From: Pseudothermotoga sp.
GTDB taxonomy: Bacteria; Thermotogota; Thermotogae; Thermotogales; DSM-5069
Direction of reading: 5' to 3'
NCBI GenBank assembly: GCA_041640575.1
Contig: JBEPZZ010000003.1
Span: 39,709 to 103,708 of the forward strand
DNA: 64,000 nt
Each line of letters starts with the position of its first letter. Within the stretch, counting starts at the first letter, position 1. The position numbers and the translations under genes are program-made. This document shows, one piece after another, positions 43,713 through 53,613 of the stretch. The notes below the pieces were generated by a model. It did no database searches and had not been told where the DNA came from. It was given only the letters and a program-made list of their open reading frames with translations.

Positions 43713-46529
43713 AAATTCTCCTGGTTCCACTTCGTAAACCATTAGACAATCTTTCTTTTCGTTATATATATGTTTGTGCCGCAATTTCGAAGCCTGTAAC
43801 TTTGAAGCTCCGACTATTTGAAGTATATTATCATCGTATTTTATTTTTTTCAGCTGGGCTCGGTTCGCTAGAATTTTTATCCTAAACATATCAATTAACA
43901 AATTCACCTGATCTGGTGACTTTCCGAACCGATCAGTCAGTTCTTGTGCAATATCTTCCAGTTCCTCTAATTTCTTGCAAGATGCTAATCTCCTGTAGAT
44001 TCTTATTCGCTCCATTGGATTTGTAACATAATCTTCTGGTATAACCAGTTCACCTGGTACGCCTTCGATTTCAACGTCTTGTTCAAAGTTTTCTAAATAC
44101 TTATCGGAACCAGTAAGTTGCTCTTCAGAAGACCATAGGGCCTGCTTGACTTCTCGATTCAATATTTGGAGATAGAGATTCAAGCCGATTGAATTAATAT
44201 TGCCATGTTGTTCAAGACCAAAAATCGAGCCAATTCCCCTCATCTGCATATCGAACATTGCGAGCTGCAAACCACCACCAATGCCTCTCAATGACTCAAG
44301 AACTCTGAGTCTATACTCTGCGCTAGGGCTTAGCTTAGAATCATACAGAAAATAGACAAACCCTCTCTTATCACTTCTTCCGACGCGTCCTCGTAGCTGA
44401 TACAATTGAGCTAGTCCATATCTATAAGAGTCATCAACTATTAGGGTGTTTGCAGTTGGCACGTCTACACCATTTTCAATTATGGATGTACAAACTATCA
44501 TATCAACTTCGTGATCATAAAACATTCTTACAGCACGTGAAAGACTCGAACTTTTCATTTTTCCATGTGCAAGAACCATTCTTGCTTCGGGAATGATCTC
44601 TTGTAAATGTTTAAATATCTTATCTATATCCTTTATTCTGTTGTGTACGTAAATTATTTGTCCACCTCTGTTAATTTCGCGCAGGACGGCACTTCTCACA
44701 AGAATATCATTATACTTGCCGACGTATGTGAAGATCGGCAATCTTCCAAAAGGTGGTGTATTCAAAACACTCATGTCTTTCATGCCATGTAAGGCCATGT
44801 GTAATGTTCGAGGTATTGGTGTGGCACTCATGGAAATCACGTTTACATCTAATCTCAGCTTTTTGAATTTCTCCTTTTGTTCTACTCCGAAATTTTGCTC
44901 TTCGTCAATTATTACAAGCCCAAGATCCGAAAAGTTAACCTTCTCAGACAACAGTGAGTGCGTACCAACTATCACATCTATTTTTCCATTATTTAGATCA
45001 TTTAGGATTCTCTTTCTTTCCTTTTGGCTCACTGTTCTATCAAGTAGTTCAATAACCACCCCGAATTTTTCCATTCTGGACTTAAAATTAAAGTAGTGTT
45101 GTCTTGCCAAAACAGTTGTTGGGGTCAAGACCGCAACCTGCTTACCCGAAACAACGCATCTAAAAGCTGCCCTGATAGCTACTTCAGTTTTTCCAAAACC
45201 AGCATCCCCGCATATTAAGCGATCGGTGGGTTTTTGACTTGAAAGATCCTCAAGTGTTTCCATTATGGCCTCCAATTGATCTTCAGTCTCGATATAAGGA
45301 AAGGTTCTTGCAAACTCTTTTTCTAGCTCAGGGTCACCTATTAAACTTAGTCCGGTTATTTGTTGCCTCTTAACGTACAGTTCTACTAACTCCAAAATCT
45401 TGTTGCGTACATCTTTCTTAACCTTTTCAACTCTCTTGCGCCATGCTGAGGAATGGATCCTATCTATCTCGACTGCACTTTTGTTACCTATATATTTCTG
45501 TACTCTATCAAGTCGATCAATAGGTACGTAAACTGTTGAGTCCTGGTATCTTAGGCACAAATATTCCTTAATTCCTAATACGTTGGGAACTTTTTTCACA
45601 CCCTCGAAAATACCAATCCCATAATCTACATGAACGACATAGTCTCCTTCAACAAATTCGTCTTCATCGATAACTGGAACTTGAAAAATAGTTGAACTCT
45701 TTGGGTTGGTTGCCTTAAGTTCTTGTAAATCCATATCTACGAAGATTGGATTGACAATCCTTTTAAAGAATTCAGATATGGGAATCTGCGAATAAAGCGA
45801 ATATTCTTCAACTTGTTCTTCGTTAAGGATTTCTCTTGTTTCTCTTTCGCGTTTGATATATTCATCCTGACATTCGTCATAATTGACAAAGACTACTTTA
45901 AATGGAGCATAATCTAAGATCGTGGAATTTGATCCTGCCTTACCTGGTATGGTGTCAAAATCATGCTGTTCACTCAGGTATTCACGCGCAGGTAAGATTA
46001 TTGTTTCATCCAATTGCGAAACCGATCTTTGGGTGATTGGATCAAAAGTCCTTATACTTTCAACTCTTTTTCCAAAAAATTCGACACGCACCGGCACATT
46101 TTGAAGTGGTCCGAAGAAATCCAAAATATCCCCTCTGACTGCGTATTCTCCACCATTCCTAACCACAAAAGACCTGTCATAACCTATTAAGTGCAAAATC
46201 TTTTCGAAATTAGAATCAAGAAGTTCCTTATCTCTAACCAATCTAATTGATTGTTTTTTCAAGTCATCTGGCGAGATTGTTTTTCTGCTTAATGCGTGCA
46301 ATGTAGAAACAATCGTAACTTTTCTTTTAGATAGGGTTTCCCAAAGTGTTCTTATTCTGTACGCTCTAACCAAGAAAGAGACTTGAACATCCTCAAATGG
46401 GAAAACATCGTGCGATGGGAAATAATGGAATCCAAGATGAGTAGAAAGTCTTTGGGCATCATATTCTGTCGGAACGATTATCAAAATAGAATCCTCAGAG
46501 AGACTGGAGAGTAGTTCATTCAACTTCAT
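43683..46529 (-). CDS. mfd: Transcription-repair coupling factor
   Basis: UvrB-like GEYAVRGDILD, RID GDYVVHVDYGIG, GDAGFGKT, DEEQ, SATPIPRT, QLRGRVGR, TRCF C-terminal domain. Confidence 0.95.
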   Translation of the reverse strand: MKLNELLSSLSEDSILIIVPTEYDAQRLSTHLGFHYFPSHDVFPFEDVQVSFLVRAYRIRTLWETLSKRKVTIVSTLHALSRKTISPDDLKKQSIRLVRDKELLDSNFEKILHLIGYDRSFVVRNGGEYAVRGDILDFFGPLQNVPVRVEFFGKRVESIRTFDPITQRSVSQLDETIILPAREYLSEQHDFDTIPGKAGSNSTILDYAPFKVVFVNYDECQDEYIKRERETREILNEEQVEEYSLYSQIPISEFFKRIVNPIFVDMDLQELKATNPKSSTIFQVPVIDEDEFVEGDYVVHVDYGIGIFEGVKKVPNVLGIKEYLCLRYQDSTVYVPIDRLDRVQKYIGNKSAVEIDRIHSSAWRKRVEKVKKDVRNKILELVELYVKRQQITGLSLIGDPELEKEFARTFPYIETEDQLEAIMETLEDLSSQKPTDRLICGDAGFGKTEVAIRAAFRCVVSGKQVAVLTPTTVLARQHYFNFKSRMEKFGVVIELLDRTVSQKERKRILNDLNNGKIDVIVGTHSLLSEKVNFSDLGLVIIDEEQNFGVEQKEKFKKLRLDVNVISMSATPIPRTLHMALHGMKDMSVLNTPPFGRLPIFTYVGKYNDILVRSAVLREINRGGQIIYVHNRIKDIDKIFKHLQEIIPEARMVLAHGKMKSSSLSRAVRMFYDHEVDMIVCTSIIENGVDVPTANTLIVDDSYRYGLAQLYQLRGRVGRSDKRGFVYFLYDSKLSPSAEYRLRVLESLRGIGGGLQLAMFDMQMRGIGSIFGLEQHGNINSIGLNLYLQILNREVKQALWSSEEQLTGSDKYLENFEQDVEIEGVPGELVIPEDYVTNPMERIRIYRRLASCKKLEELEDIAQELTDRFGKSPDQVNLLIDMFRIKILANRAQLKKIKYDDNILQIVGASKLQASKLRHKHIYNEKKDCLMVYEVEPGEFLHILHQLLD

Positions 46530-47493
46530 AACTCACTACTTGAAAGGTTCTTAATCTGTTGTTAGTTGATTTCATCCACTCGACTTTAGGAGGCACAGCG
46601 AAATCTCTTGCGAGGAATCCAAAAAGAATGTTTTGTCGTGCGGTTTCATCGTTGTATATTCCAGGATTCACCAAAACCTTCAACTTCAAAGGCTGTTTGA
46701 CAACATGAATTTCATCTATGCAGTCCAATGCTTTGATTCTGTCAACTAATTCTTTCTCATGTTCAATTGGTAACCGCGGTAATACATTTACTAGGGCTAT
46801 GTTTCTTGACAGTGGCCCTATTATTTTCACGTTTGCAAGGTAAGCTTGGTGATGTATTTCATTTATGAAAGATAACAGAATTTCATTAGACTCATTAACG
46901 GCTTGTCCATGGTAATGAGGATTAATCAACATTTTTAGTAGATGTTTCATCTTACAACCTTCTCTAAAGGAGGATTCACCAACCTTTGCAACGGGAACAT
47001 TAAAGAACTGCACCATTGCTCTAATCTCATCTTTAGCCAGATCAAAAAGTGGTGAGTAAAGTCGCCCATTGATCTTCAAACCATTCATACCCCAGCTATC
47101 TGATTTGTTTGCGCCTGTCGCTACAACTTTGCTTGGAAATGTCTGAAGAACGGTCCCTAGTTTGGCCTCACGTGTACAGGAATTGCAGTTCGGACCATAC
47201 CTTAATATTTCTCTCTGCTTTTTGGTGCCGTCTAAAACAACGTGTTTTAGTCCGAGGCGATCAGCATTTAATACAACTTGTTCCCTTAGTTTTCTATATG
47301 TCGCGCTACCCCAATCTACAGTCACCAAAACCACTTTATCTGAACCCAAAGCCAGCTTCGCTAGTTGAGCAACTAGACTGCTATCTTCTCCGCCGGAAAA
47401 GGCCACGATCAAACCTTCTGGGAAATTTATAGCTATTTCCTGTATTATTCTTTCTGCACGTTCCCGAATTCGACTTTCACACGATTGTCGCAT
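46516..47493 (-). CDS. PP-loop adenine nucleotide alpha-hydrolase, LarE-like sulfur transferase candidate
   Basis: VAFSGGEDS PP-loop, CNSC, TGAN.SD, SPL..L.KDEIR, REGC. Confidence 0.75.
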   Translation of the reverse strand: MRQSCESRIRERAERIIQEIAINFPEGLIVAFSGGEDSSLVAQLAKLALGSDKVVLVTVDWGSATYRKLREQVVLNADRLGLKHVVLDGTKKQREILRYGPNCNSCTREAKLGTVLQTFPSKVVATGANKSDSWGMNGLKINGRLYSPLFDLAKDEIRAMVQFFNVPVAKVGESSFREGCKMKHLLKMLINPHYHGQAVNESNEILLSFINEIHHQAYLANVKIIGPLSRNIALVNVLPRLPIEHEKELVDRIKALDCIDEIHVVKQPLKLKVLVNPGIYNDETARQNILFGFLARDFAVPPKVEWMKSTNNRLRTFQVVSYEVE

Positions 47494-47927
47494 AATTCTA
47501 AAATTGCATAACTATTACTTTCTGCCAGAGAGCCAGGATTTATGAAGATGGTATCCTTGAATGTTGAATAGTCAGTTTGATGAGTATGACCGTAAAGGAT
47601 AATATTTGGTCTTGGGTCGAACAGGTTTAAAATTCTTTCTTTTATTCCGAAAGGTGGACCCCAACCATGGCACAAAGCGATGGTGTAGCCTCCTAGAATA
47701 AGCTTTAAAGTTGCTGGTAGGTATTCCTTTACATCTGGATAATCCATATTGCCATGAACAGCGAAGAATTGCTTAGAGATTTTCTTTAAAGTCAACACTG
47801 TTTCAAGATCGACATAATCTCCTAAACCTATAACAGAGTCAAACGAACTAACCTGATTTAACAGTTTTTCTGGAATACCAAGAAGTTTAGTTGGTATATG
47901 TAAATCCGAGAGCAGAAGGATCCTCAC
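47445..47927 (-). CDS. Metallophosphoesterase, YfcE/Vps29/MJ0936 family
   Basis: SDLH, GD, GNMD, CHG, GHTH, NPGS. Confidence 0.9.
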   Translation of the reverse strand: MRILLLSDLHIPTKLLGIPEKLLNQVSSFDSVIGLGDYVDLETVLTLKKISKQFFAVHGNMDYPDVKEYLPATLKLILGGYTIALCHGWGPPFGIKERILNLFDPRPNIILYGHTHQTDYSTFKDTIFINPGSLAESNSYAILELCDNRVKVEFGNVQKE

Positions 47928-48868
47928 TTATTCTTCATCCTTTCGATAACTATTGAAGCAGCTCCCAGTATTCCAGCATCCTTTCCAAGTTTACTTAACT
48001 TAATCTCGAAAGTACCTAGCATACTTGGCAGTACGTGATCTTTAACCTTTTCAACCAATGGATCTAGTAGCTGTGCACCCGCGTTCGATATTCCTCCACC
48101 CAGGATTACCAGCTGCGGGTTAAAAATATTTACAAAAGTTCCAATAGCAACTGCTAATGCATCTGTAAGTGTCGAAACTATGCTTTTCGCGAATTCATCA
48201 CCATTTTTAGCACAGCGGAAAATGTCCTCAGGTGTGACTTCTTCAGGTTTTTTACCATCATACAACGCAGAAGTCTTATGCCTCTGAAATCCTTCTTGAA
48301 CAAATCTTTTAAGTGCTGTAGCCGAAGCAAATGCTTCTAAACAGCCTCTCGATCCGCAACCACAAATTGGTCCATTCGGCATGACTTTTATGTGTCCAAG
48401 TTCTGCTCCTATTCCAACGCTTCCTCTCAGCAACAAACCGTGGCTAATAACTCCCCCACCTACGCCAGTTCCAAGTGTCAAGCAAACTATATGATCATAT
48501 CCTTTACCGATTCCGAAAGTGTGCTCACCAAGAGCGTATGCGTTAGCATCGTTTTCGACATAAACCTTCAAGCCAGTTTTTTGTGATATTCGATCCGCCA
48601 GAGGAAAATCATGCCAACCAGGAAAATTCGGCGAAAACCTCACTACTCCTTGTGTGTGGTCAATGCTACCTGGTGAACCTATACCAACCGCTTCGACATT
48701 ATGTTGGGCTAAAACCTTTTTCACTGCTTGGCTCAATCTCTCTGCGACAGCTTCGGGACCATCTTTTACCATCGTTTTTCCACTCTCTCTTGAAAGAATT
48801 TTCCCCTCTTCATTGACAACACCAACTGCAAAATTCGTTCCACCAAGGTCTATGCCTACAACTTTCAA
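47924..48868 (-). CDS. glk: ROK family glucokinase
   Basis: GIDLGGT, ENDANA, TLGTGVGGG, ELGH, CGCG..GCLE; no HTH domain. Confidence 0.85.
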   Translation of the reverse strand: MKVVGIDLGGTNFAVGVVNEEGKILSRESGKTMVKDGPEAVAERLSQAVKKVLAQHNVEAVGIGSPGSIDHTQGVVRFSPNFPGWHDFPLADRISQKTGLKVYVENDANAYALGEHTFGIGKGYDHIVCLTLGTGVGGGVISHGLLLRGSVGIGAELGHIKVMPNGPICGCGSRGCLEAFASATALKRFVQEGFQRHKTSALYDGKKPEEVTPEDIFRCAKNGDEFAKSIVSTLTDALAVAIGTFVNIFNPQLVILGGGISNAGAQLLDPLVEKVKDHVLPSMLGTFEIKLSKLGKDAGILGAASIVIERMKNK

Positions 48869-48882
48869 GGCTGATACCTCCG

Positions 48883-50178
48883 TTAATATTTTATCTTTTG
48901 TTGATCTATTAATGCAAGAAAGTCTTCATTCGATTTTGTTTCTTGCAGTTTTCTAAGTATCAATGTAAGGCCTTCTTCTTCGGTCATACCACTGAGCATT
49001 CTTCGAAGTATCCAGATTTTCTTCAGATGATCTTCATCAAGAAGAAGTTCCTCTTTTCTTGTACCCGACAACTGCAAATTGATGGCCGGGAAGATTCTCT
49101 TGTTTGCAAGCTGTCTAGACAGAACTAGCTCCATGTTGCCGGTGCCTTTGAACTCTTCAAAAATAACCTCATCCATCTTTGAACCGGTTTCTACGAGTGC
49201 TGTTGCGATAATTGTAAGACTTCCACCTTCTCTGGTGCTTCTCGCAGCACCAAAGAAATGTTTTGGTTTGTAAAGAGCCGCGGGATCTACTCCACCACTG
49301 AGAAGCTTTCCGCTTGGAGGAACCTGAATGTTGTAAACTCTTGCCAATCTTGTCAGGCTATCAAGTAGGATCACAACATGGTGTCCGTATTCAACCAATC
49401 TTTTTGCCATTTCCAAAGTCAGTTCAGCAACTTTGATTTGTTTATCTGGTGCCATATCGAAAGGAGCGGCTATTACCTTCGCTTCAACAGATTCCTTTAT
49501 ATCCGTGACTTCTTCTGGTCTTTCATCTATGAGCAAGACTATTCTGTAAGTTTCAGGATGATTGTGTGCTATACCATTAGCTATCTCTTTTAGGAGAGTA
49601 GTCTTACCAGCTTTTGGTGGTGCGACAATCATTCCTCTTTGTCCTTTTCCAATTGGCGAAAATAAATCCATCAGCCTTGTAGAGAGTATTCCAGGTTCAG
49701 TTTCAAGTATAAGTCGTTCCTTCGGGTAGTCTGGGGTAAGATTTTCAAAATTTATCCTCTCGCTAGTTAGTTCCGGCGGTCTAAAATTCACAGCCTCAAT
49801 TCTAATCATAGCGAAATACTTTTCGCCCTCTTTTGGGGGTCGTATGGCTCCAGAAACATAATCACCTGTGTTCAGATTGAATTTTCTTATTTGAGATTGC
49901 GATATGTAGATGTCGTTGGCGCTAGGCAAAAGATTACTACCGCTTCTCAGGAATCCGTAACCTTCTGGAAGGATTTCAAGTACACCTTCTCCAAAGAAAT
50001 ATCCATGTGATTTAGCTTGTGCTTCAAGGAGTGCAAAAATCAAATCTCTCTTTGGTAAACTTGTGTAACGTGGGATATCATACTGCTTAGCAAGGTTGTA
50101 CAATTCTCTGATAGTCATTTTTTCAAGATCGGCAATACTTATAGTGCCATGTTCCTTTTCTTGACCATTTGAATTCAT
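48883..50178 (-). CDS. rho: Transcription termination factor Rho
   Basis: GYGFLR, DIYISQSQIR, PPKAGKT, LIDERPEE, EEFKGTGN, SGTRKEE. Confidence 0.97.
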   Translation of the reverse strand: MNSNGQEKEHGTISIADLEKMTIRELYNLAKQYDIPRYTSLPKRDLIFALLEAQAKSHGYFFGEGVLEILPEGYGFLRSGSNLLPSANDIYISQSQIRKFNLNTGDYVSGAIRPPKEGEKYFAMIRIEAVNFRPPELTSERINFENLTPDYPKERLILETEPGILSTRLMDLFSPIGKGQRGMIVAPPKAGKTTLLKEIANGIAHNHPETYRIVLLIDERPEEVTDIKESVEAKVIAAPFDMAPDKQIKVAELTLEMAKRLVEYGHHVVILLDSLTRLARVYNIQVPPSGKLLSGGVDPAALYKPKHFFGAARSTREGGSLTIIATALVETGSKMDEVIFEEFKGTGNMELVLSRQLANKRIFPAINLQLSGTRKEELLLDEDHLKKIWILRRMLSGMTEEEGLTLILRKLQETKSNEDFLALIDQQKIKY

Positions 50179-50279
50179 CCAAAGGTGCACCTCCGAAAAT
50201 TCAACTATAACAGAAAGAGTAATCCGGTTGGGAGAGAGGGCTGAATTACAAAACGGATGCAAGACCTGTTACACTAAAA

Positions 50280-50308
50280 AATTTAGCAGAAAAACTCAAA
50301 AAAGTCAA
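50280..50308 (-). promoter_or_regulatory. Promoter of the rho operon
   Basis: TTGACT-N17-TAAATT with an extended TG, downstream of the rplQ terminator. Confidence 0.7.
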
Positions 50309-50345
50309 GTAAGAATAAAGTAAATGTAGATAATTTCATTCGATG

Positions 50346-50374
50346 AAAAATCCCCTCGCAAAGGAGGGGATTTT
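50346..50374 (-). terminator. Intrinsic terminator at the end of the ribosomal superoperon
   Basis: AAAATCCCCTC-6 nt-GAGGGGATTTT directly after the rplQ stop, with a U tract on the minus strand. Confidence 0.85.
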
Positions 50375-50375
50375 C

Positions 50376-50762
50376 TTACGACTCCTTCTTAGTGACTATC
50401 TGTAATAAGGCCATTTCTGCAGCATCCCCTCTTCTAGCGCCTATTTTGATTATTCTCGTAAAACCACTTGTTTTATCTGCTTCTTTTGCAATTTCGTCAA
50501 CAAGTTTATTCACCAATCTCTTGTCTTGTAAACTTCTGTATATTTGCCTCCTCAAAGCGACTTGCTCATTTTTGTCGGTACTTTGATTGGCTCTAATTGC
50601 TTTCGTGATCAACTTTTCAAAGTATCTTCCAACTACTTTCGCTTTTGTAACTGTTGTAACGATACTTTTGTGTTCTACTAACTCTCGCATCTGATTTCTT
50701 ATTGTAGAGAGGCTATGACTTTTGTATGCCCCAACTTTTGTTCTCAGCATTCTATGTCTCAT
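50376..50762 (-). CDS. rplQ: 50S ribosomal protein L17
   Basis: MRHR, IVTTVTKAK, GFTRIIK..RRGDAAEM; follows rpoA. Confidence 0.93.
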   Translation of the reverse strand: MRHRMLRTKVGAYKSHSLSTIRNQMRELVEHKSIVTTVTKAKVVGRYFEKLITKAIRANQSTDKNEQVALRRQIYRSLQDKRLVNKLVDEIAKEADKTSGFTRIIKIGARRGDAAEMALLQIVTKKES

Positions 50763-50764
50763 AT

Positions 50765-51766
50765 TCATCCTCCTTTTCTAAGAGTTAATCCAAATTTTTC
50801 CATCAGTTTTTGTTTTACTTCTTCCAATGACTTTGGTCCGAAATTTTTGATCTTCAGAAGATCCTCTTCTGTTCTCTTCAAAAGGTCACCAATTGTTTCT
50901 ATTTTATCCCTTCTCAAGCAATTCAAGGATCTTATTGAGAGTTCCAGTTCGTCTATCTTTTTCGAGTAAATAGTTTCTTCTTCACTCACAGTCTGTTCGG
51001 CTTTTACTTCCTCTTGAGAAATGGCTATAAACTCTCCACTAAAAGCTGAGAACTCTTCAGGTAGACTATCCACAATTATTTGTAGATGATTCATCAGAAT
51101 CTTTACAGCTTGTTTCAGTGCTTCATTTGGGAAAATGTTCTTTTTCGTCCATATTTCAAGAACAAGCTTGTCGTAGTCGGTTCTTTTCTCAACTCTGGCA
51201 CTTTCAATGGAGAAGTTAACCTTGACCACAGGTGAAAAGACTCCATCTATTGTTATCCAACCTATTTCTTGGTTTTCGTCCATTAGTTCAAAAGCTGGTA
51301 CGAAACCTTTTCCAGGTTGTACGTAAAGTTCGAAAGCTAGGTCAGCTTCTTCATCCAGGGTAGCAATTACTAAAGAAGGATTGACTACCTCCAAACCCGC
51401 CGGTACCTTAATATCTTTTGCTGTAAGGAAACCTGGTCCTTTCTTTTCAGCAAACATTTTAATTCGATCGTGCACAGGGACCTCTGCTCTGATCTGAATC
51501 TTTTTTAAGTTTAATATTATCTCCAGTATATCCTCTTTGACACCAGGTAACGTATCAAATTCATGGTACCTCTCAGGTTTTAAAAATCTCAAGCCCGTTA
51601 CAGCAACGGATGGTATTGATGACAAGAGCACTCTTCTCAAAGCGTTTCCTATAGTGGTTCCATATCCTTTCTCGAGTGGTGATAGAATGTATCTTCCGTA
51701 ATAATAATCGCCTTCGGATTTTTCTTCCTCGACTTTGAGCTTTCTCGGTATTACGTACTCAACCAT
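50765..51766 (-). CDS. rpoA: RNA polymerase alpha subunit
   Basis: PLEKGYGTTIGNALRRVLLSS, HEF..GVKED, LSIRSLNCL, NFGPKS. Confidence 0.98.
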   Translation of the reverse strand: MVEYVIPRKLKVEEEKSEGDYYYGRYILSPLEKGYGTTIGNALRRVLLSSIPSVAVTGLRFLKPERYHEFDTLPGVKEDILEIILNLKKIQIRAEVPVHDRIKMFAEKKGPGFLTAKDIKVPAGLEVVNPSLVIATLDEEADLAFELYVQPGKGFVPAFELMDENQEIGWITIDGVFSPVVKVNFSIESARVEKRTDYDKLVLEIWTKKNIFPNEALKQAVKILMNHLQIIVDSLPEEFSAFSGEFIAISQEEVKAEQTVSEEETIYSKKIDELELSIRSLNCLRRDKIETIGDLLKRTEEDLLKIKNFGPKSLEEVKQKLMEKFGLTLRKGG

Positions 51767-51772
51767 AAATTA

Positions 51773-52396
51773 TCACCTCGAATAGTATTCAACAATAGCT
51801 TGAACATCCACAGGTAGGTCGGTAACTTCCTCCAGCTTCGGGTATCTAAGAAAGATTCCTTTAGAATTCTCAAAGTCACTCTCAACCCAAGGTACTCGGG
51901 TCCTATCTTTTGTTAACTCAATGGTTTGCTTTACAACAGCAAGTGATTTATCTCTCAATTCGACTACATCTCCCGGTCTTAACAACAACGATGGTACATC
52001 CACTTTTCTACCGTTCACACTAAAGTGCCCATGGGTAACCAACTGACGTGCCTGTCGGCGATTGATTGCAAAACCTAATCTGTAAACAACATTGTCAAGG
52101 CGCGATTCGACTAACTTGACCAGATTTTCTCTAGTATCACCTTGCATTTTCTGAGCTCTTTCGAAATAACGCTCAAATTGTCTTTCCAAAATTCCATAGA
52201 TTCTCTTCATAACTTGTTTTGAACGCAATTGCAGACCATACTGAGATAATTTTCCGCGGTTTCTTCCATGCATACCTGGAGCATATGGTCTCCTCTCGAA
52301 CGCACAACGATCCGTAAAACATCTTTCACCTTTTAAGTAGAGCTTCATTCCTTCTCTTCGACAAAGTCGGCAAAGCGGTTCTGTATATCTAGCCAT
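51773..52396 (-). CDS. rpsD: 30S ribosomal protein S4 (Zn-binding form)
   Basis: [30 protein letters not shown]. Confidence 0.98.
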   Translation of the reverse strand: MARYTEPLCRLCRREGMKLYLKGERCFTDRCAFERRPYAPGMHGRNRGKLSQYGLQLRSKQVMKRIYGILERQFERYFERAQKMQGDTRENLVKLVESRLDNVVYRLGFAINRRQARQLVTHGHFSVNGRKVDVPSLLLRPGDVVELRDKSLAVVKQTIELTKDRTRVPWVESDFENSKGIFLRYPKLEEVTDLPVDVQAIVEYYSR

Positions 52397-52409
52397 TCAA
52401 TTCCCTCCC

Positions 52410-52796
52410 TCAAACTCTTCGTTTCTTTTTGGGGCGACATCCGTTGAACGGGATCGGTGTAACGTCTTTTATGCTGTCGATCTCAAGACCGGCAGCTTGA
52501 ATTGTCCTTATCGCCGCTTCTCGTCCAGGTCCTGGCCCTTTGACCAAAATGTCTACTCTCTTAATTCCGAGTCGCAAAGCTTCTTTGGCAACTTTGTCCG
52601 CTGCCAGCTGAGCAGCATATGGCGTACCTTTTCTGGTTCCTTCAAAGCCTGCTGTTCCACTGCTTGCCCAATACAAGACAGCACCAGACAAATCGGTAAG
52701 AGATATGATGGTGTTATTGAACGTAGATTTTATATGAACAACCGCTCGATCAGAAATTGCTCGTCTGCGTTTTTTGCTCTCAGATTTCCTCGCCAT
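52410..52796 (-). CDS. rpsK: 30S ribosomal protein S11
   Basis: [31 protein letters not shown]. Confidence 0.98.
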   Translation of the reverse strand: MARKSESKKRRRAISDRAVVHIKSTFNNTIISLTDLSGAVLYWASSGTAGFEGTRKGTPYAAQLAADKVAKEALRLGIKRVDILVKGPGPGREAAIRTIQAAGLEIDSIKDVTPIPFNGCRPKKKRRV

Positions 52797-52812
52797 ACGC
52801 ATTCCTCCTCAA

Positions 52813-53196
52813 TTATGCTTCTTCTTTCTTCTTCTTTGTTTTAATTCTGCTTGGCCTTGGTCCTTTACGGGTCCTAGCATTGTGTCTAGTGCTTTGACCG
52901 CGTACAGGTAGACCAAGTTTATGCCTTATTCCTCGATAACATCCTATGTCGATAAGACGTTTAATGTTACGATTTACTTCAGTCCTCAATTCGCCTTCAA
53001 CTTTGTAATGATCCTGAATGAACTTTGCTATTTTGTTGACCTCTTCATCTGTGAGGTCTTTTACTCTTTTGTCTGGGTCAATTCCTGTATTTTTTAGTAT
53101 CTCAAGTGCCCGGGTTCTACCTACTCCATAGATATACGTCAAGGCAACGAAGCACTTTTTATTACTTGGTAATTCTACACCTATTATACGGGCCAT
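52813..53196 (-). CDS. rpsM: 30S ribosomal protein S13
   Basis: [29 protein letters not shown]. Confidence 0.98.
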   Translation of the reverse strand: MARIIGVELPSNKKCFVALTYIYGVGRTRALEILKNTGIDPDKRVKDLTDEEVNKIAKFIQDHYKVEGELRTEVNRNIKRLIDIGCYRGIRHKLGLPVRGQSTRHNARTRKGPRPSRIKTKKKKEEA

Positions 53197-53223
53197 TTAG
53201 TTCCCTCCTTGTGTCGCTTTTTG

Positions 53224-53340
53224 TTAACCCTGTCTCTGATTGTGTTTTGGGTTCGCTTTACAAATTATCAAAACACGTCCACGTCTTCTTATAATTTGGC
53301 AATGCTCACATCTTTTTTTGATCGATGATCTGACTTTCAT
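53224..53340 (-). CDS. rpmJ: 50S ribosomal protein L36 (Zn-binding form)
   Basis: Below the ORF-track cutoff. Manual translation [47 protein letters not shown]. Confidence 0.97.
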   Translation of the reverse strand: MKVRSSIKKRCEHCQIIRRRGRVLIICKANPKHNQRQG

Positions 53341-53355
53341 TTTGCTCAGCTCCTT

Positions 53356-53610
53356 TCATTCTTCGTCTTCTTCTTTTTTATCTAATCTCTTGCGATACAC
53401 AATTCTGCCCTTTGAAAGATCGTATATTGAGAGTTCAACTATAACACGATCACCGGGTACCAAACGAATGAAATTTTTTCTCATCCGCCCAGAGATTTGC
53501 GCAAGTACTTCATGTCCGTTATCAAGTTTTACAAGGAAGTTCGCATTTCTTCGAGCTTCAACTATTGTCCCTTCCATCTTTACAACATCATCTTTCGGCA
53601 AAGACATCAC
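53356..53610 (-). CDS. infA: Translation initiation factor IF-1
   Basis: [39 protein letters not shown]; exact start within a few codons. Confidence 0.97.
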   Translation of the reverse strand: MMSLPKDDVVKMEGTIVEARRNANFLVKLDNGHEVLAQISGRMRKNFIRLVPGDRVIVELSIYDLSKGRIVYRKRLDKKEEDEE

Positions 53611-53613
53611 CTC

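Noticed and set aside
43683..46529. Mfd shorter than the E. coli protein; possible pseudogene
   Set aside because: Uninterrupted 948-aa frame with UvrB-homology, RID, helicase and TRCF motifs all present; best read as a compact natural form.
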